Shown: one piece after another, positions 50,862 to 63,300 of the stretch
Position numbering within the stretch: the first letter of the stretch is position 1
How the letters are laid out: every line of letters begins with the position of its first letter
From: Mobula hypostoma
Taxonomy: Eukaryota
DNA: 64,000 bases
Assembly: GCF_963921235.1 (NCBI RefSeq)
Contig: NC_086117.1
Coordinates: forward strand, 41,230,001-41,294,000
Reading direction: 5' to 3'
Position numbers and translations under genes: made by a program
Notes under the pieces: model-generated
The model's database searches: none
What the model was told of the DNA's origin: nothing
Seen by the model: the letters and a program-made list of their open reading frames with translations, nothing else

Positions 50862-52234
50862 GTCAATCACTCATTGCAGGGCCCAGATTATTTTTTTTAA
50901 ATCTGCATCTAAAATCTGAAAAACAGAAAAATTACATTTGATTTTCTACCAGAAAACCAACATAATATTAATAACAAGTGGTATAAAGGGAATGTACATC
51001 AAATATACACTTCTAGTTTGACATATTACATAGTAGTTATAGCACAAAACCAGGCTAGTGAGCTAAACTGATCCATGCTCCACAAGTCTCATCCTTTATC
51101 TAAAACCATCAACTTAGCTTATTTCCTCATCAGTTTAAATGGACGAAACAACATAATTTAATGATAGAGCAAGTGCTCTCCAAACTGGAAATGGCTACTT
51201 ATATACCAGTATTACTGTGAATAAATGTTAAATCCTGGGGGACAACAGATTATTCAAACTAATGCAAACACGTAAAGCTTTAATTTTCCAAATGGCACTA
51301 ACATTCTGCATTATGCACCTAAGCAGCTCACGTCAAAATGCTTACAAAAGCCCTTGATAAGCACACATTTATACAAGCGTTTTCCTTATTGTTTTACAGC
51401 CATGAAAACTGAATCTAAATTTTGTATATATAAACTAGCTAAATTTACCTTCAGAGACTTTTATTCTGAAAGAGAAAGGCATTCACATTTCAGCACCATG
51501 TAATCAGGATAACCAAAGCACCTTTAGATGAAAATGCAAGCTCCCATTAATCCCTTCCGACAATGTACTTTTCACTGTCTCCTCATACAAGTGATAATTT
51601 ACACAATTCACTAACATTGATGTTTGATTTCCAGATTGCGATTTTGCTCCAGAAGTGTATTGTGGGTCACTGAAGCCCTTAGATGTGAAGTTCCCAATAG
51701 ACTAATTTAGTTTTCAGCACAATTCTCCTAAAAGGAGTGATGTCTCAGAAGGACAGCATCACATCATTAAGGACGCTAATCACCCAGGACATGCCCTGTT
51801 CTCATGTTACCATCAGGAAGGAGGTACAGAGCCTCAGGGAATTTTTTCTATTCTTATATATTGCATTGTACAGCTGCTGTAAAAACAACAAATTTCACAA
51901 CATATGCCGGAGATATTAAACCTGATTCTGAAATTAGCCAAATGAAAATAAAAAGAAACCCAATCACAAATAGTTTCTCACTTTTTTACTAATTTAAAAT
52001 CAACCACACATCTTGATACTCAACCAGAACAAATCAATCACCATGGTGAGATTCACTACATTCATCCGTATCCATTAAGTTCAACCTTCAGAAAGACTCA
52101 AAATTAAACCTAAAATAAACACATTAATTGGCAATTGGCATAAAATTAGCACATTTTATTTCATTTGCTATTAAAAGAAAAACTGTAGTACTCCCATAAT
52201 GTTAATAACAATTGAACACATTTACAGCATATTC

Positions 52235-53220
52235 AACATAGGAAACACCAGCGTGCCTCAAGGCTGTGTGCTGAGCCCTCTTCCGTATTCCCTTTTCACC
52301 TATGACTGCGTTCCTGTACATGGTTCTAACTCCATAATCAAGTTTGCAGACGACACCACGGTGGTCGGCCTGATCAGAGAGGATGACGAGACGGCCTACA
52401 GGGATGAGGTCCAGCACCTGGCCACGTGGTGTGCCAACAACAACCTGGCCCTTAACACCCAGAAGACCAAGGAGATCATTGTGGACTTCGGGCATGCTAG
52501 GAGCCACACTCACATCCCCATCTACATCAACGGAGCTGTAGTGGAGCGTGCATCAAGCTTCAAATTCCTTGGTGTCCACACTTCCGCGGATCTCACCTGG
52601 TCCCTGAACTCCTCCATCCTGATCAACAAGGCACAACAGTGCCTTTATTTCCTGCGGAGCATCAAGAAAGCTCACCTCTGTCCCAGGATACTGACGGACT
52701 TTTACTGCTGTACCATTGAGAGCATACTCACCAACTGCATCTCAGTTGGTCTGGCAATTGTCCCGTATCGGACTGCAAAGCACTCCAGCGTGTGGTGAAA
52801 ACTGCCCAGCGGATTATCGGCACCCAATTGCCCACCATTGAGAACATCTACCATAAATGCTGCCTGGGCAGGGCAAAAAAGCATTATCAAGGATGCATCT
52901 CACCCTAACCATGGACTTTTTACTCTCCTCCCATCCGGTAGGTGCTACAGGAGCCTCCTCTCCCGCACCAGCAGGCACAGGAAGAGCTTCTTCCCTGAGG
53001 CTGTGACCCTGCCGAAACTCACATCACTTAACAGTATTGCACCCATATTGTACTGTCTTAGTACTTTTATATTTGTGTGCTGTAGTACTTACTTTTTATT
53101 CCGCAGTTATTTTGCAAATAACACTATTCTTTGCATTTCTGGATAGATGTTAACTGCATTTCATTGGCTTTGTGTCTGTACTCGGCACAATGACAATAAA
53201 GTTGAATCTAATCTAATCTA
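52235..53220 (+). mobile_element. 5'-truncated Rex1/Babar LINE, relatively young
   Basis: PQGCVLSPL...KFADDTTVVGLI...KTKEIIVDF. Tail AATAAAGTTG(AATCT)3. Confidence 0.9.
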
Positions 53221-53362
53221 AAAATGCCCCAATTTTTTCACAAAAAATTGATACTCCTGTACTTCCATAAATTAATGATTTTCTGGAAATCATTCATGCA
53301 GAAAATATTTTGAAGTAATTAAAGCTGGCAAGATTAGCTGTGAGGAACATACATATATTCTA

Positions 53363-53892
53363 CACTCAATGGCCACTTTATTAGGTACACTCGTTAATGC
53401 AAACATGTAATCAGCCAATCATGTGTCAGCAACTCAATGCATAAAACCAGACCGATACGGTCAAGAGTTTGTTGTTGTTCAAGCCAAACCTCAGAAATGG
53501 GAAAGAAATGTGTTCTAAGTGACTGACTGTGGAATGATTGTTGATGCCATATGGGGTGCTGTGGGTCATGTCAGAAAATGACGACCTCCTGGGATTTTCA
53601 TGCAAAACAGTTTTTAAGAGTTTACAGAGAATGGTGCGATAAACAAAATCAACCAGTGAGTGGCGGTTCTGTGAATGAATACCCCTTGTTAATTGGAGAG
53701 GTCAGACGATAATGGCCAGATGGGTTCAAACAGACAGGAAGGCAACAGCAACTCAAAAAACCACACGTTACAAAAGTGATGGGCAGAAGAACATTTCTGA
53801 ACTCCACTATCAAACCTTGAAGTGGATGGGCTTCAGCAGCAGACCACCACACCAGGTTCAACTCCTGTACCTAATAATGTGGCCGGTGACTG
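53363..53892 (+). mobile_element. Non-autonomous Tc1-type element
   Basis: TA TSDs. TIRs CACTCAATGGCCACTTTATTAGGTACA / reverse complement CAGTCACCGGCCACATTATTAGGTACA. HTH remnant MARWVQTDRKATATQ...TLKWMGFSSR. Confidence 0.88.
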
Positions 53893-54899
53893 TATATATA
53901 AAATGGTACCACTCCACAATGTATGCAAAGTGCAGTAGCTTTCCATAGTAATCTTTCAATTTACTGTAAAAATATTTTCCACATAATTATTCAAAAGTTT
54001 TTCCATGCATTGTCTCTAACTCCAGAGCAGTGAGACACTAATTTAGAGGTTATGATTATATACACTGTACAAAGTTAACTTTACAGTAGGAATTGAGTGC
54101 ATACAAGCCTGTATATTTATATTGGTTGGTCTTTTAAAAATATACTTTGCTGTCTCCCTCATTTCCAACCTTCAACCTCTCCGTTTTTGGGCAGCAGCTC
54201 AAGGGGGTGGCTCACAACCAATTTCTGAAGGCCAGTGGGCATCAAATGTTTGGCATGGTGGTACATTTAAAAAAAAGAAAGTATTTCCTCTAATGGGGAA
54301 TCCAAGGCTAAGTATAAACTAGAAATTAAAGGCAAAGCATTTGGGGACAATGTCAGAAACCAAAGAAAACTGGAACATTAGAACTTATATTCACCAAAAG
54401 CTGCAGAGGATAAGTCAAATGAAAATTCAATAACTAAGACTGCTGTGCTTAAATCGGACTAGAGTAAAGGATATATAGACTAACAGTGGGCAAAAGGAGA
54501 CAGGATACTAGTTAACTACTGAAAAGCAAAATAATCTTAAGAGGCTGACTACTTATTACACCAACTCATATTATATGTACATACATTTTAAACTTCACAG
54601 AAAAAACAATCAGAAATTGACTGGCTTTCCATTCTGAACAAGCAACTCATTCAGCTTGAATGACACATTAATTTTCATCCACATCCTAAAAATAAACAAC
54701 TGCATCTAGAGAAGATTTTTGTCCAATACAAAGCCAATGAAAACTCCATGTCAGTCACAAACTGAAATACCAAAGACTTTGAAGGGGGGGAAACTATTTT
54801 GTTTAAAAAGTACAGCAGCATCTAACTCAGTTGTGACACTAACTATAACTAACTGTACATGGTCATATCCTTCTATTACTTAACACACCGAGTCTAAAT

Positions 54900-56460
54900 A
54901 CACCACTGTGCAATAGGGTGTTGGACATCCTAACCAACAGATGTTAGATAGTCAAGATGCACAACCGCTCCTACTTCCCCATCATCCTCAACACAGATTG
55001 TGTGCGGAGCCCATTGGGGTACACTCTGCCCACACCATGACTGCACAGCCAAATACCTGAGTAATCACGTTGTCAAATTCACCGATGACACGACAGTGCT
55101 GGGGCTCATCACCAACAACAATGAGACAACCTACAGAGAAGAAGCGGAAGAGCTGGAGGCCTGGTGCCAGGTAAATAACATCTTCCTCAACGTCAACAAG
55201 ACAAAGGAAATGTTTATTGACTTCCAGAGAAAGCGCATCACTCACACCCCCCTTTACATCGGCAGCAGAGCAGTGGAAACTATCAGTACTTTAAAAAACT
55301 CCTGGGAGTGCACACCTCACACAAACTCCCATGGTCCCAGAACACATCTTACACAATCAGGAAAGCTCACCAACGTCTCTATTTCCTGAGGATGCAAAAG
55401 AGAGCTGGATCATGCATATCTATACTGCAGATGCACAGTAGAACGCATCCGACTTTATTCTGTGTCACCACATGGTACAGCATCTGCACTGTGGTGGACT
55501 GGAAGGCTTTACAACAGGTAGTCAAAACTGTCCAACACATCACCAGCATCAGCCTACCTGCCATCAAGGACATGTACCCAGAAAGATGCCAGTAACACCA
55601 TGAAATATCCTACCCATTCTGCTCGTGGACTGTTCATTTCTATAAGAAAGGAGGCTATGTACCATCCACACCAGGACCACCAAAATTCAAAGTAAAATTT
55701 ATCAGAGTACACACGTCACCACATACAACCCTGAGATTCTATTTCTGCAGGCATGCTTTAGCAAATCTATACAGAACAGTAATTGTAAACAAACTGTGCA
55801 AATGTAGATATAAATAAATAGCAATAAACAAATATGAAATAACAATATAACAGAGTCCTTACATGAGTGTAGCTATCTATTTTTGTACAAGAGCCTGATG
55901 ATTGAGGGGTAGTACTGTAACTATTTTTCAACCGGGTGGTGCAAGTCCTGAGGCACTTGTACCTTTTAGCTAATGGCAGCAGTGAGAAAATAACATGGCC
56001 TGGGTGGTGAAGATCTTTGATAATGGATGCTGCTTTTCTATAGCAACCTTTCATGTAGATATGCTCAATGGTTGGAAGGGTTTTACCCTTGATGTATTGG
56101 GCCGAATCCACTACCTTTTGTAGGATTTCCTGCTCAAAAGACATTGCTGTTCCCGTACCAGGCCACAACGCAGACTCAAAAACAGTCACCTTCTGCAAGC
56201 AGTAAAGTTGATCAACAACTCCACCCACTAAACCATCCCTCCACACAATCCCCCACCACCACTATTTTAACATTTCCTGTCTGAGTCAGTTTATATACTC
56301 CTGTTGCTAGCATCAATTTATGGATGTACAATGTATACAAGTAATCCTGTGCATTTACATCGTGTTCTTTGTCTTATTTTTGTGTGCTGCATCAGATCAA
56401 GAGTAACAATATTTTTGTTCTCCTTTATACTTCTGTACTGGAAATGGCATTAAACAATTT
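54900..56460 (+). mobile_element. Rex1-like LINE (+) with a nested minus-strand Rex1 3' fragment (about 55690-56160)
   Basis: KFTDDTTVLGLI...KTKEMFIDF on +. On minus, LQKVVDSAQYI...RKAASIIKDLHHPGH. The + element resumes near 56160. Confidence 0.75.
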
Positions 56461-56469
56461 TGAGTTCCT

Positions 56470-57060
56470 TGCCTGTTCAGATGTTTGTCTAAGTGCCGCT
56501 TAAATATTGCTATCATATCCGCTACTATATAAAAAAAACAGAGTTTGTACATCTTCTTTAAATTTTCCCCTTCTCATGTCCTCGAGTGCTCGACTTATCA
56601 CCCTGGGAAAAAGACTGGCTACCCTATCTAAGCATTGGTTAAACTTTATATATTTACACCAGGATATCCCTTTGCCTCTGATAACTCCAGATAAAACAGT
56701 ACAAGTTTTATCAATAACAAATAGATTCCAATCCAGCCCACATTCTGATGAACCGTCCTCAAAGTTATGCATCTCAAGTGCGGCAACCAGAAATACTCCA
56801 TACCATACTCCAAATGTAGTTCAACCCATGTTTTATACAACTGCAATGAGAGCAAGCATTCCATACACTTTCTTTACCAATTGTTATCCATTTGTGTAGA
56901 CACTTTCAGGAAGCCTACAATCCCTCTGTATATCAGTGCTCCTAAGAGCACTGCCATTTACTGTAGACTTGGCTCTTCCATTTTCACGCCCAAAACACAT
57001 CACCTCACTCTTGCCTGGATTCAGCTCCATCTGGCACTTTCCCATGCAGTCCTTCCAGAT
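56470..57060 (-). mobile_element. CR1 3' fragment, degenerate
   Basis: Minus ORFs QMELNPGKSEVMCFGR and LQLYKTWVELHLEYGMEYFWLPH. Confidence 0.7.
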
Positions 57061-58594
57061 GAAGCATGTACCTCCTACAAGCTCGGTTACTGCATTCGGT
57101 GCTCTTGATGTGGCCTCCTCTAGGTTAGCAAGACAAAGCACGGGCTAGGTAATCGCTTTGCACTAGCTTTAGCATCTTGTAACCAATTCATACAGCCAAG
57201 AATCATATCAGATTTTACTCTTATTTTCATCAGGCCAGAGTGTTAACTTGTCTTAGACTCAGGTGAGGAAGATCAGCTGAAGTCCCCATTACTGAACCCT
57301 ATCCAGGGTATGGTAACATCAAGGAAGCAGACAACAAATCTCTGCTGAAATGAACTACATTAACTCCAGCAAGAGAAAACGTCCCCTAGATAAAATAGTT
57401 ATTCAAGAAGAAAGGATTAGACACGTAAAGCTCAATATGACACACACATTCCGCTCCACAGCACAAACAGGAACAACTTTAAACACTGGCATGCTATCTA
57501 TGCAAAAACGACATCAAAGAGATTGCTGCACAAATAATTCAAAATCTTGGCAGCATTGTGGTTAAATTACGGGACTTGTAATTTAGGAAAGTATACTTTA
57601 ATTTAAATTTCAACAAATAAAATGCTGTTAGCAGTTGTGACCATGAAACCACCACAGATTTGTCACAAAAAAATTCACTGGATTCCCCAATTTTCCTTTT
57701 TTTTTAAAAAAAACATAAGACCACCCACACTTGCACATTTTATTTATTAAAGATCTTCTATGTTAAATGGTGTCACTTCCAACTTATCTTCATGGACAGG
57801 TCAAAGCATTGTTTTCCATGATGTGGGATTCATGTCCAGCTCATTGAACATCTCCCATTAAGCAAGGACAGAATTCATTCATGATATTTGCCAGTTCTGT
57901 TTACTTTCTTTGAAGGCTGCCAAAGCTGGGTCAAAGAGGAAGGACTCCATCATCTAATGTATCCTATAGTACAACCCATCTCAACACCAGGTTCCTACCC
58001 AGTCTGGGCCACGTGCAGTTCAAGACTCATGACAACATTGTTTATTCCGAAGTAGCCATTAAGCCACAATTCAAGGACCTCAAGGCTGGGCATGAAATAT
58101 TGTCCTTGCCACATCCTACCATAACATAATCCAAACAACAAAGAGACCATGGAGCAACAATCAACCTGATGAGGGAAATCAGCATCCGAGGGGTGAGGGA
58201 AGCAAGGGAAAGTGGGGTAAATTGTTACCTTTGAGTCAAAGACTTACATTAGGACTATCCAGCAAATAATCAGGGTGCTCAAATGTTCAATCCGCTTCAG
58301 CAGGTTCTTAAACACAAAATATGCAGATGATGAAAATCAAGAGGAACAAAGAGGAACAAACACAAAATGCTGGAGGAGCTCAGGTCAGGAAGGCCCTATG
58401 GAGGCGCTCTGGTATTTTGTGTTTGTTCCTCCAGCAGATTGTTTCTTGCTCCAGATGCCAGCTTCTGCAATCTAGTGTCTTATACTGAAACATACTTTGC
58501 CTTTTAAGTACTGACACATTAAAAGTTGCATTAAGACAGCTGCTCTCACAAAGTGAAACAATACTGCCTATTCCTCCAGATAAGAGCAATTGGC

Positions 58595-61500
58595 CAGAAG
58601 GAGAGGGCTTAAACTAATTTGGCAGGGGGATAGGAAACAGAATGATAGGGCTGAGAATAGGGCAGTTGGTTTACAAACAGATGCAGCGTGTAGTTAAATA
58701 TAGGCATCCATTAGTCTCGTGAGATCATGGATTTGCACCTTGGAAGGTTTCCAGGGCGCAAGCCTGGGCAAGGTTGTATGGAAGACCAGCAGTTGCCCAT
58801 GCTGCAAGTCTCCCCTCTCCACGCCACTGATATTTTCCAAGGGAAGGGCATTAGGACCCATACAGCTTGGTACCGGTGTCGTCACAGAGCAATGTGTGGT
58901 TAAGTGCCTTGCTCAAGGACACAACACGCTGCCTCAGCCAAGGCTCGAACTAGCAACGCTCAGATCACTAGACGAACACCTTAACCACCTGGCCACACAC
59001 CAACACAGTAGTGAGACCGTGAAAAAGGACCGGCAGATGACAGGGCAAAACTGCAGTCAATGGAATGAGCTAAGTGGGGCACAGGGGCAAAATTGAAGAG
59101 GGTGAAGAATACAGGACTGAAGGTGTTATATTTGAATGCACACAGTAGACAGAATAAGGTTGATGACCTGGTAGTGCAATTAAAGATCGGCAGGTACAAT
59201 ATTCTGGCATCACTAGAGTCATGACTGAAAGAAGATTATAATTGTGAGCTTAACATCCAAGAATACACCTTGCATCAAAAGGACAGGCAGGTAGGCAGAA
59301 GGGGTGGGGTGGCCCTGTTGGTTAAAAAAAAATGAAATCAAATCCTTAGTTAGCATAGATCAGAAGATGTAGAATCCCTGTTGGTAGAATTTAGAAAATG
59401 CAAGGGTAAAATGACCCTGATGGGAGTTATATACAGGCCTTCAAATAGTAGCCAAGATTTGGGTTGCAAATTACAACGTGAGATAGAAATGGCGTGTAAA
59501 AAGGGCAATGTTATGATAGTTATGGGGGATTTCAATATGCAGGTAGACTGGGAAAAATCAGGTTGGAGTTGGATCCCAAGAGAGAGTAATTAATAGAATG
59601 CCTACAATAAGGCTTTTTAGAGCAGCTTGAAGTTGAGCCCACTAAAGGAAAGGCAATTCTCAATTGGGTGTTGTGTAATGAACCAAATTTGATTAGAGAG
59701 CTTAAGGTAAATGAACCTTTAGGGGGCAAAGATCATAGTATGATGGAATTCACCCTGCAGCTTGAAAGGGAGAAGTTAAAGTCAGATGTATCAGCATCAC
59801 AGTGGAGTAAAGGGAATTACAAAGGCATGAGAGGGGAAATGGCCAAAGTTGACTGGAAGGGGACACTAGCAGAGGTGATGGCAGAACAGCACTGGCTGGA
59901 GTTTCTGGGGCAAATTGGAAGGCACAGAACAGATACATCCCAAAGAAGTAGTAGTATTTGAATGGGAGAATGGGGCACCATAGCTGAAATTGAAGACAAC
60001 AAAAAAAGTCTTTAAAAAAAAAGGCAGATAATATAGCAAAAATGAGTGGGAAATTAGAGGATGGGAAGCTTTTAAAAATGAACAGACGGGAATTAAAAAA
60101 GCCATAAGGAAAGAAATGATGAAATATGAAGGCAAGCTCGTCAAAAGGTTTTTTTTCAAGATGAATTGTATAAAGAGTAAAAGAGAGGTGACAGTGGATA
60201 TTGAACCGCTGGAAAATGACACTGGAGAGGCAGCAATGGGGGACACAGAAATGGGAGACAAACTAAATAAGTATCTTGCACCAGTCTTTACTATGGAAGA
60301 CTGTAGCAGTATGGCAGGAATTTGAGTGTGTCAGGAGGGAGAAATGAGTTAGCTGCTATTACTAAGGAGAAAGTGTTTCAGAAGTTCAAAGGTCTAAAGG
60401 TAGATAAGTCACATGGACCAGATGGACTATATCCTAGGGTTCTGAAGGAGGCAGCTGAAGAGATTGTGGAGGCATTAGTAATGATTTTTCAAGAATCACG
60501 AGATTCTGGAATGGTTGTGTAAGATGGGAAAATTGCAAATGTTATTCCACTCTTTAAGGGAGAGGGAGAAGAAAGGAAATTATAAGCCTGTTAGCCTGAC
60601 TTCAGTGGTTGGGAATATGTTAGAATCCATTATTAAGGATGAGCTTTCACTGTACTTGCAGGCACATGATAAAATAGGCCAAAGTCAGTATAGTGTCCTA
60701 CAGGGGAATTCCAAATCTGTTGGAATTCCTTGAGGAAATAACAGGCAGGAAAGACAAAGGAGAGTGAGTGGAAGTTCTTTACTTGGATTTTCAGAAGGCC
60801 TTTGCCAAACTACCGCACATGAGGCTGCTGAACAAGAGCCTGTGATATTACAGGAAAAATTCACTAGCATGGATACATTTGCTGACTGGCAGGAGGCAAA
60901 GAATGGGAATAAATGGCACCTTCTATGGTTGGTTGCTAGTAACTAGTGAACTGGGCGGGGTGGGGAGGAGAGGAGTTGTGACCATTTCTTTTCACATTTT
61001 ACACGTCAATGATTTGGATGACAGAATTAATGGCTGTGTGGCCAGATTTGTGGATGATACAAAGATAGGTGGAGGGCCAGGTAGTGTTGAGGAAGCAGGG
61101 AGTCTGCAGAAGGACTTGAACAGATTAGGAGAATGAACAAAGTGGCAGATGGAATATAGTGTAGTGAAGTGTATGGCCATGCACTTTGGTAGAATAAATA
61201 AAGGCGTAGACAATTTTCTGAACCAGGAGAAAATTCAAAAACTGGAGGTGCAAAGGAACCTAGGAGTCTTCGTACAGGATTCCCTCAAGGTTTACTTGCA
61301 GGTTGGATCAGTGGTAAGGAAGGCAAATGCAATGTTAGCACTGATTTTGAGTAGACTAGTATACAAGAGCAAGGATATAATACGGAGGCCCTTAAGGCTT
61401 GGTCAGACTGCACTTAGGAGCTTTGGGTGCCTTATTGAAAAATATGTACTGGCATTGAAGAGGGTCCAGAGGAGGTTCATGAGAATGATCCCAGGAATGA

Positions 61501-61885
61501 AAGGGTGAACATATGAAGTGTTTGATGGCTCTAGGCCTGTAATTACTGGGGTTTAGAAAGGTCTGGATAGAGTGGATGTGGGAAGGATGTTTCCTATAGT
61601 AGGTGAATCTAGGTCCAAAGGGCACAGCCTCAGAATCAAGGGACGTCCATTTAGAACAGAGACGAGGAAAAATTTCTTTAGACATTTATTGCCACCAACG
61701 CCTGTGGAGGCCAAGTCACTGGGTGTATTTAAAGCGGAAGTTTATAGTTTCTTCATTAGTCAGGGCATTGAAGGTCACAGGGAGAAGGTAGGAGAATGGA
61801 ATTGAGAGAGATAAGAAGTCAGCCATGATAGAATGGAAGAACAGATACAATGGCCTAATTCTGCTCCTATGTCTTATGGTCTAAG
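58595..61885 (+). mobile_element. Degenerate CR1 (end of ORF1 through 3' tail)
   Basis: APE and RT remnants (VMGDFNMQVDW, NYKPVSLTSVVG, FVDDTKIGG). Tail GCCTAATTCTGCTCCTATGTCTTATGGTCT. Confidence 0.88.
58695..59007 (-). mobile_element. tRNA-derived SINE with a CORE-like central domain, nested in CR1
   Basis: Minus strand: A box TGGCCAGGTGG, B box AGTTCGAGCC, then GTGTCCTTGAGCAAGGCACTTAACC. TSD GTAGT at 58690-58694 / 59008-59012. Confidence 0.82.
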
Positions 61886-62024
61886 CTGGATACCACACAT
61901 AATTGCTGAGCTAGCTAAATCATATTCCTAGAAGATTCCTGCCTCCAATATTTCAGAACCAGTAGTCATCCAACACAATGTTAACTAAAATGAAAACAAT
62001 TTGTAACTTTATTGTATTTAAGAG

Positions 62025-62665
62025 ATACAGCACGGTACAGCCCTTCCAGCCCTACGAACTGCACTGCCCAACAACCCACCTATTTAATACTAGTCTAATC
62101 ACAGAACAATTTACAATGACCAATTAACTTCTAACCCTAATATTCAAATTCTAATATACTAACCTGAGATTAATTTTCTTGCAAGCATAATCAATAAATC
62201 CATAGTAGAATAATAACCATAATAGACTCAATGAAAGACCACACCAACTTGGGTGCGCAACCAGCGTGCAAAAGACAACTGTGCGAATTAAAAAAGAAAA
62301 ATAAATAAGCAAAAAATATCAAGAACACAAGATGAACAGTCCTTGAAAGTGAGTCAAGTGAAGGCATCACATCTGGTTCATGCGCCGGATGGATAAGGGG
62401 TAATAACTGTTCCTGAACCTGGTGGTGAGTCCTGAGGCTCCTGTACCTTCTTCCAGATGGCAGCAGTGAGAAGAAAGCATGGCCTGGAGAATACCTACCT
62501 ACTAGGTCTGTGTGAAAAACACAGTCACCTGGAGGAATTCCACATAGTCACAGGAAAAACATAAAAACTCCTTACAGGCGGCACCTGAGCTGAACACCGA
62601 ACTCTAGAACATGCCAAACTGTAATACAGTACCATCACCATAACCGCTGCGCTACCGAATTGCCC
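62025..62665 (-). mobile_element. HE1-like SINE interrupted by a Rex1 3' fragment (about 62135-62490)
   Basis: SINE tail 62025-62130, SINE head 62490-62665 (TAACCGCTGCGCTACCG), and Rex1-like CTGTTCCTGAACCTGGTGGTG...CTCCTGTACCT in between. Confidence 0.65.
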
Positions 62666-62934
62666 TCATGATGCGCTCCACCCCAAACCACCACCACCCC
62701 TTCGGCTTCCCGCTGGAAATGATTATGTTTTTTAACAAACTACAAGATTAGAGTCCCCCCAACCCCGACCTATTTATTTTGGCTTCTGCCCTCCACTCTT
62801 CCTCGTCATTCCTGCTGAAAGGTCTTGGCACGAAATATCGGTTGTTCATTTCCCTCTGCTTGACCCGAGTTTTGTGTGAGTGTGTCTTAATCCAGATATA
62901 CAACATCTGCAGTTATCTTTCGTGCTTCAGGACT

Positions 62935-63300
62935 CGAGTCCCCGCTGGCCCCGCCATTCACCTCCCGGGTACGGGCGCCTGCGCGCACTCACCACCCGCC
63001 TCCACCGCCACGAGCGGCGCGCACCGCCCCCGCACGCGGCTCCCCTCGCGCAGCTCGGCACTCACCCTCCCGCCGACTGGCTCGCGGTCGCACACCACCT
63101 TCCTCCCCTCGCACTCGCTCTCTTCCGGCAGGGCGGTCCTGCTGCGCCCGCGCTCCGCCAGCGCCAACGTGATTGGCAGCCGAAATAGCCAATTATAACA
63201 ACCGATAAGGTGGCCCGCCTTGTGACGATATCGGGTTCGTGTCGTGACAGACGAGGGCAGTGGTCACTCGCTGCGGTGTGCGTGACTGTTGCTTCCATTA
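62935..63300 (-). promoter_or_regulatory. DPH7: CpG-island promoter and probable non-coding exon 1 of DPH7
   Basis: CpG-dense, CCGGAAG on minus near 63122, ATTGG 63172, CCAAT 63189. Minus-strand donor GAGG|GTGAGT at 63066/63065, with alternatives near 62992 and 62961. The first coding exon has an acceptor and no CpG island of its own. Confidence 0.72.

Noticed and set aside
50862-50870. ORF-track N-terminus MID before MDTR in DPH7
   Set aside because: It starts at GTG; the ATG is at 50861.
58930-59007. tRNA gene
   Set aside because: The A and B boxes belong to a SINE head followed by a CORE-like body and flanked by a TSD.
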